Assembly: GCA_023131055.1 (NCBI GenBank)
Contig: JAGMAB010000001.1
Coordinates: 1,486-65,485 of the forward strand
Direction: 5' to 3'
Source of the DNA: Candidatus Parcubacteria bacterium
GTDB lineage: Bacteria; Patescibacteriota; Minisyncoccia; Minisyncoccales; JAGMAB01
Length of the DNA: 64,000 nt
Below are positions 45,445 through 53,868 of the stretch, piece by piece. The notes beneath the pieces are model-generated. The model did not search any database. It saw nothing but the letters and a program-made list of their open reading frames with translations, and was not told the DNA's origin. The position numbers and the translations under genes were made by a program. Position 1 is the stretch's first letter. Each line of letters begins with the position of its first letter.

Positions 45445-47324
45445 TAGGAATTGGTATAGTTGTGTTATTATGTGTTTTTTTCGGGCTTGGCATATTTGCC
45501 GAACCATACATAATGCACGACACAGAAGTGAATAAAGTAGAAGTGAATATAGATGATGTCAAAAGCATAGATAATGTCATAGAAAATGCCGTGGTTTTAG
45601 AGAAGCAATCAGAAACACCAGCGACGCCAGCGACGCCAGTAATGATACTCGGTCTTTCTAAGATTGAGTTGAGAACAAAAGACAAAGAATCTGTCGGGGT
45701 TCAAGTAGACAGAGTGATAAGAGACTATCTTTGGTACAATTCGGCGTTTGACGCCAGTGTTCCGGCAGATAGAATTCCGTATTCCTCTTCGCAACTCGTG
45801 TGTTATATGGAAGGCGCGAGAGTAATAGAAATGATGGAATGGGCAAATATGTCAGTTATTCCGCTAACACCGAGCATTGCGCTGAAGAAAGACGATGGTT
45901 ATTATTACGGCGCTGACGGACAGGGAAACTTTATTTTTCAGATATGTCCGAGCAAAACAGAATATCCGACCTGTGAATTTATCAACGAAAGTAATAATGA
46001 ATATATAGTAATGCGCGACACGCACGGATTCAACGCTGTTGCTGAACAAGCGTATCTCAATAAAGACAAAGTAGATTTGGTGATTGCCTGCATGGATATG
46101 CCGGACAAAGCAAAAGCCGCGTTGTATTTGGCGCAGAATGGAATTCAATGCTACGCGCCCTGCGACAGGTTTACCAACGATTTGATGAACTACAAAGAGA
46201 AATTCGGCATAGGAACAGAAATATTGGGCAGCGCGCCAATCAGAAAAACAAATTACGGCGCTGTTATAGGAGATCAGCCAGTAGTGATATCACTTAATGA
46301 ACCAATTATAGCCCAATACACTGACAGGATGTATCCAGATCAGTATTGCGATACACCGAGCAGATATTTCAGAGAACTGCAAAGAGTTTATAAAATAAAC
46401 CTTTCAGTTACAGAGGTTTATGCCAATATTGGAGAAACCTGTAATCTAGTAAAAGAAGCAAAAGAACAAAACGCAGAAGTTATAGGCGCAAGAATATTCA
46501 ATGAAACTGATTACCTGCCGCTTAAAAACTGGTTGGAAGAAAACAAAAACCACAGGGTTATTTTGTTTCATTCTGCGGCATACGAGTTTGGCATCGAGCT
46601 ATTCAGAGCATATCCAGGGCAAACAAGTTTTGGGGATATTAACCCAAAATTTGTTGGTGATAACTTTGAACCCAAGAAAAACATATCCGCATTGGTGAGT
46701 TTCACTTTTGATGACAGCAATCCAAACCACCTGGAGAAAATTGCTCCTTTTTTGGAACAATATGATATGAAAGCAACGAGATACTATGTTACAGGCGTTT
46801 CCTGGACTAATTTCACTGAATGTAAAATCCTGCAGGACCAGTACAATTGGGAAATAGGCGGCCATACAAGAACTCATCCAGACCTGACAAATATCACACT
46901 GGAACAAGTAAAACAAGAAATTTGTGGAGGTAAAAGTGATTTTATTGCTAACGGTATTGCTGTAAAGAGCTTTGCGCCGCCATACACCGAAATAAACGCA
47001 GATACAATGAATATTGTCAAAGAGTGCTACGAGTCCTGCCGCAATGACTGGGGGATTAATTATCCTCCCTACGAACCATATCGTATTAGGATGCTTAGCT
47101 CGTTGGATAATATAGATAGGCTAAAAATCTCAGAGATTTCCGACAAGCTAGACGAGGCAATAGAAAACAATGGCTGGATAGTATTTTACAGCCATAGAGT
47201 AGATAATACAGGAAACCCGTATTGCACAGACGAACAGTTTTTCAAAGAACTTCTGAATCTAATCAGCAAAAAACCAGAGATTGAAGTAGTGACTGTTTCT
47301 GAAGGATTAGAATGGCGCTGGTAG
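45426..47324 (+). CDS. Membrane-anchored protein with unknown N-terminal domain and C-terminal polysaccharide deacetylase (CE4/NodB) domain
   Basis: N-terminal TM; SFTFDD, EIGGHTRTHPDL, FAPPY, WIVFYSH. Confidence 0.8.
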   Translation: MGKRTLIGIGIVVLLCVFFGLGIFAEPYIMHDTEVNKVEVNIDDVKSIDNVIENAVVLEKQSETPATPATPVMILGLSKIELRTKDKESVGVQVDRVIRDYLWYNSAFDASVPADRIPYSSSQLVCYMEGARVIEMMEWANMSVIPLTPSIALKKDDGYYYGADGQGNFIFQICPSKTEYPTCEFINESNNEYIVMRDTHGFNAVAEQAYLNKDKVDLVIACMDMPDKAKAALYLAQNGIQCYAPCDRFTNDLMNYKEKFGIGTEILGSAPIRKTNYGAVIGDQPVVISLNEPIIAQYTDRMYPDQYCDTPSRYFRELQRVYKINLSVTEVYANIGETCNLVKEAKEQNAEVIGARIFNETDYLPLKNWLEENKNHRVILFHSAAYEFGIELFRAYPGQTSFGDINPKFVGDNFEPKKNISALVSFTFDDSNPNHLEKIAPFLEQYDMKATRYYVTGVSWTNFTECKILQDQYNWEIGGHTRTHPDLTNITLEQVKQEICGGKSDFIANGIAVKSFAPPYTEINADTMNIVKECYESCRNDWGINYPPYEPYRIRMLSSLDNIDRLKISEISDKLDEAIENNGWIVFYSHRVDNTGNPYCTDEQFFKELLNLISKKPEIEVVTVSEGLEWRW

Positions 47325-47363
47325 TAAGGGAAGAAAAAGATTAGGAGGTGAAAAAAAGAAAAA

Positions 47364-47972
47364 ATGAAAAAAAGATTGGGAGAAATCTTGAATGTGACAT
47401 ACGTGCCATGCTGCCCAAGCTGCAGTGATTTGATACACTATCTCATCAGGCACCCGGTATTTGCTATAGTAGTTATCTGCCTTATTGTATTTCCAATAGG
47501 AGGCATTGAATACTTTATCTGCAACGATGTGAATTTGGGAACAGATGAAAAGGCAGAACAATACTACGAAGCAATTTTGCAGGTACACCAAGATATAGGA
47601 TTCAACGAGAACGAATATCCACCGTCAGGATTGACGCTTGAGCAGGCAAAAGAAATTCCGTGTATAAACAACGATACAGATGCAGAATATTGGTTATCTG
47701 AAGAATACAATAAGGATATAGGGAGAGTGTATTACTATATCCTTCTGGCGATTTACCACAGATGGCTGCATCCAGAAGACGCTAACCATACGGCGATGGA
47801 AATACTGAACAATCCGGAGATTATCGGAAATTTCACGTTAGACAACCGCTCATATAACTACGCGACAGTGGCGTATTTCCACAATAGGAGTGTGGTTAAC
47901 GCACATTTACTAACAAATAGTACATTACCAACAGACGAACTGGAAAGAGTAAAAGCTTTGCTACCAAAGTAA
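47364..47972 (+). CDS. Hypothetical single-TM exported protein
   Basis: SD TAGGAGGTG, one TM, many N-x-T/S sequons. Confidence 0.65.
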   Translation: MKKRLGEILNVTYVPCCPSCSDLIHYLIRHPVFAIVVICLIVFPIGGIEYFICNDVNLGTDEKAEQYYEAILQVHQDIGFNENEYPPSGLTLEQAKEIPCINNDTDAEYWLSEEYNKDIGRVYYYILLAIYHRWLHPEDANHTAMEILNNPEIIGNFTLDNRSYNYATVAYFHNRSVVNAHLLTNSTLPTDELERVKALLPK

Positions 47973-48027
47973 AGCTAAAATAAAAATAGCTCCTTTTATT
48001 TTTTTAGGAGCAGGAGGAAATATATTG

Positions 48028-48066
48028 GCTGATTCTGGAGGTTTTTCCAGAATCGGCATTTTTTTT
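48028..48066 (+). terminator. Intrinsic terminator
   Basis: GCTGATTCTGGA-GGTTTT-TCCAGAATCGGC followed by A-T8. Confidence 0.75.
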
Positions 48067-48479
48067 ATTTGTCTTGACATAAATAGAAAATAAAGATACT
48101 ATGATAGGGACTTGACAAGGTTTTATGGTTGTGTAAACTGTGTGATACAGGATGTTATCGGAACAGCTTGACATTTATCTTGTTAAGAGTTAAGAGTATA
48201 GTATAGTATAGAATAGAATAGAAGAAACAAATTAATCTATTTAGAGGAGGAACTAAATAATCATTTGTGGTATTTTTATTGATACTAAATAATAATTGGC
48301 AAACAAACAGAGGTTTTTGTTTTGGAACTTCTTCCTAAGAAGGGGAGAGGTTTTTTTGTGAGTTCAAACTTTAGTTCTTAGAAAAATCTAAGAGTTAAAG
48401 CTTGGACTCTATAGAGAGCCCAAAAGGAGGAAAAATAACAAAGGTCGAAAAAAAAGATAAATTAAATGAACAAAAAATT

Positions 48480-49574
48480 ATGAACAAAAAAATTCTAATT
48501 AGTTTAAGCGTAATCGGAGTTGTTGCTGCTATTGTCATTGGTGGAACTGCGGCTTATTTCAGCGACACTGAAACAAGTAAAGATAATCTTTTTGTCGCCG
48601 GCACCATAGATATTTTTGTTGATGGTGATAATTTTGATTGGGAAGGACACGCTACATTAGAAGATATGAAACCTTGTTATACTGACTACATTAATTTCAC
48701 GATTTATAATAACCTAAGCGACCCAAATCCAGTTAATGTTTGGAAGCACTTGATAATCACTTATGAAGAAGACGGTGCAACTTCTGAACCTGAGTGCACA
48801 GAGCAAGGTGGAGAATGGATTAAGGGAGATCCAGGGCAATGTTATTGGAATGGTCATGTTAACAACAATAACATTTCCAGCATTATAGATTATGATCTTA
48901 TAGTAGAAGTGTATGACAGCTGCGGTAGATTGATTTGGTGGCAGACCATTTATGACAAAGAAGTTACTGTAGCAGAAATTGCCTGCAAAGAAATTTATTT
49001 AGGAATGATTCCAGTTGACGGATATATGAAAGTAATTCAGAGTTATCATATGCAGGATCCTAATTTTTCCACAAACTGGGCGCAAGGCGATATAATGGCT
49101 TTTGATCTTGAAATTACAGGTATTCAGCTTCGCGGAGAAGCTTGGTTAGATTTCAAACAGGCAACAAAGAGTCCAGAAGAGTATTGGAAAGTTCAAAATC
49201 CAGGAAACCCTGCTGGTACTTTGACTTACATAGTAAAGCATCCAGAATTTGACTATGACTTCAACGCCAGTGGACTTCAAACTGACACAGAATACAGCTT
49301 GATTTACTATGCTGACCCATGGCCAGGAAACAACCCTGGTGCTTTACTTGGAACAGCAACAACTGATGGAAGCGGTAATATTGCTATGTCAAGTTCTGTT
49401 GAACTGAATATGAATCTTCCAGGTCCTGGCGATCTTAATCATCCAGATGGCGCTAAAGTTTGGTTGGTTCCATCCAGCGACTATGATGCAGGTACTAATG
49501 AGTTGACATATTGGAATCCTGGTAACTACTTGTTTGAAATTGGTTTGATTTACTACTACGATACTGATTTCTAA
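48480..49574 (+). CDS. TasA/CalY-like protein with SipW-cognate signal peptide
   Basis: MNKKILISLSVIG...GGTAAYFSDTETSKDNLFVAGTIDI. Confidence 0.85.
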   Translation: MNKKILISLSVIGVVAAIVIGGTAAYFSDTETSKDNLFVAGTIDIFVDGDNFDWEGHATLEDMKPCYTDYINFTIYNNLSDPNPVNVWKHLIITYEEDGATSEPECTEQGGEWIKGDPGQCYWNGHVNNNNISSIIDYDLIVEVYDSCGRLIWWQTIYDKEVTVAEIACKEIYLGMIPVDGYMKVIQSYHMQDPNFSTNWAQGDIMAFDLEITGIQLRGEAWLDFKQATKSPEEYWKVQNPGNPAGTLTYIVKHPEFDYDFNASGLQTDTEYSLIYYADPWPGNNPGALLGTATTDGSGNIAMSSSVELNMNLPGPGDLNHPDGAKVWLVPSSDYDAGTNELTYWNPGNYLFEIGLIYYYDTDF

Positions 49575-49579
49575 GATTG

Positions 49580-49631
49580 AAATCTTTTCGGTTGTCTCAA
49601 TCTTGTGAATTGGGACAACCTATAAAGGTTT
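49580..49631 (+). promoter_or_regulatory. Conserved intergenic stem-loop, copy 1
   Basis: AAATCTTT-TC-GGTTGTCTC...GGGACAACC-TAT-AAAGGTTT. Confidence 0.7.
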
Positions 49632-49688
49632 TGAAATAAAAAAACCAAAGGTCGGAAAAGATAAATAACTAACAAAGAACAAAAAATT

Positions 49689-51521
49689 ATGAACAAAAAA
49701 ATATTAATTAGTTTAGCGCTTATTGGCGTTGTTGGCGTTATTGCTACTGGCGCGACTGTTTCTTACTTTACTGACACTGAATCCAGTGTTGGCAATGTTT
49801 TCACTGCTGGAAGCATTGACTTGAAGATTGACAATCACGCTTGGTTTAATGGCGGGTATATGGAGGAATTTAGTTGGGAGCTTGATGACTTGACAGACCA
49901 ACTTTTCTTCAACTACACTGACTTAAAGCCAGGTGATTGGGAGGAAGACACTATCAGCATCCGTGTTGATAATAATCCTGCATGGATATGTGGAGAGATT
50001 ACAATTACCAACAATGACGATATGACTTGTACAGAGCCGGAAATGGATGATGACCCAACATGTGATGAACCTGACGCAGATATTTGGGATGGTGACTTAG
50101 CTCAGGAATTAGCATTTATTTATTGGGTAGATGATGGAGACAATGTTCTTGAAAGTGATGAGTATTTTTATGGACCAATATCTCCTGGGGCTTTATTGCC
50201 AGATGGCTCAATTAGATTCCCAATTGCTGATGTGAACTATTCCGTAGCTGGATATGATCCAGGTACAGGATTAGGACTTCCTATTGTTGGTCTTGAGACC
50301 TATTATATTGCCAAAGCATTTTGTTTTGGTGATATAGATATTGTTCCTGTTGTCCAAGACGGATATAGTGATCAGATGAACCCTGGTAGTCCGCAAGGCC
50401 CTGGATTTACTTGTAATGGCGCCTTAGTTAATAACGCTTCTCAGTCAGATAGTTTAACAGGTGATATTTCCTTTACCGCAGTGCAGTACAGAAATAATAC
50501 TGATTATGTTTGTGTTATAGTGCCAGAGTGTGAGGACGATGAGGATTGTGATGACGAAAATGCGTGCACTTTGGATGTCTGCGACGAGGATAACCTTTGT
50601 CAAAACATTTGTTTAGTGGACGATCCTTGTGACGATGGAAATGATCACACTGTTAATGACAAATGTACTCAAGTCGGAGAAGATTGTCTTTGTAAAGGCA
50701 CACTTGTTGAATGTATAAGTAATGAGGAGTGCAATGACTACAACGAATGTACTTTGGATATCTGCGACGAAAACGGCGTTTGCCAAAACACTTGTTTAGT
50801 AGGTCAATCTTGTGATGATGGAGAGCATTACACCATTAATGATGAATGTACTCAAGTTGGAGAGGATTGCTTTTGTGAAGGCGAACCTGTTGACTGTATA
50901 GACGCTGGAGATTGCAATGACAATGATCCATGCACAATTGATACTTGTGAAAATAATGTCTGTGTCTACACTCCTATAGTTTGTAATGACCAAGATCCAT
51001 GTACAACTGATGCCTGTGTTGACGGAACCTGTGTGTACACTCCTATAGTTTGTAATGATGGGGATCCATGTACAACTGATGCCTGTGTTGGCGGAGAATG
51101 CGTGTACACTCCTATAGTTTGTAATGATGGGGATCCATGTACAACTGATGCCTGTGTTGACGGAACCTGTGTCTACACTCCTATAGTTTGTGATGACCAG
51201 AATCCTTGTACAACTGACGCTTGTGTTGGCGGAGTCTGTATATACACTCCTATTTGTGAGGGTACTGACATAGAGTGCGGTTGCACAAGTTGCGAAAACT
51301 GTAACGACCAGGATGGCTGGGTTGATGTAGGCGGCACATACGCATGCTGTCAAGGCGATTACATGCTGTGTACTTGCCAAAATCAAGAATATATAGATTA
51401 CTCTTGTCAAGGCACTTCTTGTGTTTCTGCAACAACAAATTGGCGCACAGTTGGGACAGACTGTTCTACATGTTATCCATATTGTTGTGATGACGCGCAG
51501 TGCGTGCCCTGCAATTATTAA
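49689..51521 (+). CDS. TasA-like protein with SipW-cognate signal and Cys-rich C-terminal repeats
   Basis: GATVSYFTDTESSVGNVFTAGSIDL, DLKPGD; CNDGDPCTTDAC repeats. Confidence 0.85.
   Translation: MNKKILISLALIGVVGVIATGATVSYFTDTESSVGNVFTAGSIDLKIDNHAWFNGGYMEEFSWELDDLTDQLFFNYTDLKPGDWEEDTISIRVDNNPAWICGEITITNNDDMTCTEPEMDDDPTCDEPDADIWDGDLAQELAFIYWVDDGDNVLESDEYFYGPISPGALLPDGSIRFPIADVNYSVAGYDPGTGLGLPIVGLETYYIAKAFCFGDIDIVPVVQDGYSDQMNPGSPQGPGFTCNGALVNNASQSDSLTGDISFTAVQYRNNTDYVCVIVPECEDDEDCDDENACTLDVCDEDNLCQNICLVDDPCDDGNDHTVNDKCTQVGEDCLCKGTLVECISNEECNDYNECTLDICDENGVCQNTCLVGQSCDDGEHYTINDECTQVGEDCFCEGEPVDCIDAGDCNDNDPCTIDTCENNVCVYTPIVCNDQDPCTTDACVDGTCVYTPIVCNDGDPCTTDACVGGECVYTPIVCNDGDPCTTDACVDGTCVYTPIVCDDQNPCTTDACVGGVCIYTPICEGTDIECGCTSCENCNDQDGWVDVGGTYACCQGDYMLCTCQNQEYIDYSCQGTSCVSATTNWRTVGTDCSTCYPYCCDDAQCVPCNY
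50913..51257 (+). repeat. Five 69-bp coding tandem repeats (23 aa, Dictyostelium CTDC-like)
   Basis: Units start at 50913, 50982, 51051, 51120, 51189; CNDGDPCTTDACVDGTCVYTPIV. Confidence 0.9.
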
Positions 51522-51542
51522 CAGTCAAGGAATTAGATAGAT

Positions 51543-51611
51543 TTGAATTCTTTTTGATTGCCTCATAACTCTCCTTGTGGTAAAAATAGGGGCAATCTAT
51601 AAAGGATTTAA
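51543..51611 (+). promoter_or_regulatory. Conserved intergenic stem-loop, copy 2
   Basis: TTGAATTCTTT-TT-GATTGCCTC...GGGGCAATC-TAT-AAAGGATTTAA. Confidence 0.7.
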
Positions 51612-51625
51612 GAAGTGTTTTGAGT

Positions 51626-52129
51626 ATGAAACCATTGAAAATAATTTATTACATTTTTGTTGGACTGATTGCCGCGGTCGCGCTTTTGCTGATTTTCTCA
51701 ATTTTTCCAATTTCAGGAAATTTCAAACCAATGATAGTCCAGTCCGGTTCAATGGAACCGGCAATTAAAATGGGAAGCGTAGTAGTAGTTAAACCAGCAG
51801 ATAATTATAAAATTGGCGATGTAATTACATTTGGCGAGGTTAGTAAAACTAAAACGCCGACTACTCATCGGGTTCACGACATAAAAGTAAATGAAGGAAA
51901 ACCATATTATATTACCAAAGGAGATGCTAATAACGCGCCTGACCAGAAAGAAATTGCTAAAAAAGATATTGTTGGCAAAGTTTTATTCAGTATTCCTTAT
52001 CTTGGATACGGCGTGGATTTCGCTAAAAAACCGATCGGTTTTGCTTTAATTATTATTATCCCGGCAATGCTCGTTATTGGCGATGAAATAAAGAAAATTT
52101 TTAGAGAAATCAAAAAGAAAAAACAATGA
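51626..52129 (+). CDS. sipW: Signal peptidase I, SipW/ER type
   Basis: VQSGSMEP, GDVITF, THRV (His dyad), TKGDAN, IPYLG. Confidence 0.92.
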   Translation: MKPLKIIYYIFVGLIAAVALLLIFSIFPISGNFKPMIVQSGSMEPAIKMGSVVVVKPADNYKIGDVITFGEVSKTKTPTTHRVHDIKVNEGKPYYITKGDANNAPDQKEIAKKDIVGKVLFSIPYLGYGVDFAKKPIGFALIIIIPAMLVIGDEIKKIFREIKKKKQ

Positions 52130-53868
52130 GACAATCTATTATAAAAATTATATCATTATTGTTAATTATCGGTCTTAACTGGACCGGGATTTCAGCTGTT
52201 CACAGTACTTTGGCTTATTTTAGTGATAATGAAGATTCTAATGGTAATATCTATCAAGCCGGCACCTTAGATTTTTGTTTAAATTCTTCAAGTTTAAATA
52301 AGTTTATAGGACTCACCGAAAAAGTTTTATTAGGTTCTGTCTTAACAAATAATGGTAGCCTCGGTTTTCAGTACACAGTGACGGCTGAAAAAATTTCTGG
52401 AAGTGATGATTTTTGCAATGCCCTCAAATTAGAAGCTGAATTGAATGGAATTGAAAAACATGACGATGCTCTTATGTCTTTTGATATTCCGGCCTCAACC
52501 ATGCTTGGAAGTTGGAGTTTTGAGATTAAATTACCGGTTTACGCAGCGAATATTTCTCATGGAGAAACCTGCGAGGTTGACCTTGTATTTAAAGGTTGGC
52601 AGACCGATATGCCGGTTTACGGAACAGCGGGCTTTTTTGACGAAGAGAGAATTCATATTAATCTCACCAGCAGGATGGTTGTTTTAAATGAATTCTTACC
52701 AAATCCTAACGGGTTAGTTCCTGATTATGGATTTGATTTTGGTGAAGATAGCGACAGTAAACCCCAAGGAGAATGGGTAGAGTTATACAACAATAGTAAT
52801 TCAAACCACAACCTGGCTGGCTGGTATATTTGGGATGCCAGCAATGATAATTCAAACAAGGTCTTCATTACTGATTCAAATACAATCCCTGGAACTACAA
52901 CTATCCCGGCTAATGGCTGGCTTGTAGTGTATATGAATAAAGCAGTGTTTGATAACACCGGTGATACCGTTAAGTTATTTGATGGTGCTGACACTTTAAT
53001 TGATTCATATACTTATATGGCGGATAATGATTATTGTGAAATTGAACCAACACCCGGAGATGAAAATACCACCAATACAACCGGTAGTTGCGGGGGTGTT
53101 CCACCAAATAAATCATATGCTCGTATTCCTGATGGTATTGGTTACTGGGTAGATCCTATTCCTACGCCCGGCAGGATGAATAAGTTAATTGAAGAAGAAC
53201 CTATTGCTGAGGAAATCTTATCTACAGAAGAAACTCCAGCCATTGAAGAAGAGGCAGTTGCCACCGAAGAAGAACCGCCTGTGGTGGAAGAGCTACCTAT
53301 GGAAGAAGAAACTCCTTCAATCAAAGAACCTGCGCCAGAAGAACCAGCTGACGACGAAGTTCCAGTTGAGGAAATTCCAGTTAAAGAAGTCCCAGTGGTT
53401 GAAGAAGAAAAACAACCAGTAGTAGAAGAAGAATTGCCTGTTGAAGAAACTGTTCCTGAACAACCAGTAATTATTGAAGAACCAGTTCCAGTTATGGAAG
53501 GCGAGGATGGAGAAACAATTTTTGATGAAGTGTTTGATAATATAGAAAATACAATAAAAGAAGCGATAGAAGAAGTAATGCCTATTGAAGAAGAACTGCC
53601 TATTGAAGAATCCGAATCTGAAATAACCGAAGGAATGATTGAGGTCAAACCTCAATCAATTCCAGAACTGGAACAACCAGTGGTAGAACCAGTGATTGAA
53701 AAGCCAGTAATTATTGATGAACCAGTAGTTGAAGAAGTAATAGAAGAAATAATTGAACTATTGGTTGAACCAGTAATTGAACCATCGATTGAAGAACAGC
53801 CAGTTATTATTCCTGAAGATAATCCTTCTAAACCAATTGATGATTTAGGAGAAGAAACCAATGAATAA
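52126..53868 (+). CDS. SipW-cognate protein with lamin-tail-like domain and Glu/Pro-rich acidic tail
   Basis: STLAYFSDNEDSNGNIYQAGTLDF; VVLNEFLPNP, EWVELYN, PTPG; E/P/V/I-rich C-terminus. Confidence 0.8.
   Translation: MRQSIIKIISLLLIIGLNWTGISAVHSTLAYFSDNEDSNGNIYQAGTLDFCLNSSSLNKFIGLTEKVLLGSVLTNNGSLGFQYTVTAEKISGSDDFCNALKLEAELNGIEKHDDALMSFDIPASTMLGSWSFEIKLPVYAANISHGETCEVDLVFKGWQTDMPVYGTAGFFDEERIHINLTSRMVVLNEFLPNPNGLVPDYGFDFGEDSDSKPQGEWVELYNNSNSNHNLAGWYIWDASNDNSNKVFITDSNTIPGTTTIPANGWLVVYMNKAVFDNTGDTVKLFDGADTLIDSYTYMADNDYCEIEPTPGDENTTNTTGSCGGVPPNKSYARIPDGIGYWVDPIPTPGRMNKLIEEEPIAEEILSTEETPAIEEEAVATEEEPPVVEELPMEEETPSIKEPAPEEPADDEVPVEEIPVKEVPVVEEEKQPVVEEELPVEETVPEQPVIIEEPVPVMEGEDGETIFDEVFDNIENTIKEAIEEVMPIEEELPIEESESEITEGMIEVKPQSIPELEQPVVEPVIEKPVIIDEPVVEEVIEEIIELLVEPVIEPSIEEQPVIIPEDNPSKPIDDLGEETNE

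Noticed and set aside
48298..48330. c-di-GMP-I riboswitch starting GGCAAAC upstream of the biofilm-like operon
   Set aside because: No GAAA tetraloop stem or GACGCAAAG junction follows.
50913..51257. Regular repeats as a CRISPR array
   Set aside because: Units are contiguous 69-bp in-frame coding repeats with no unique spacers, and no cas genes are present.
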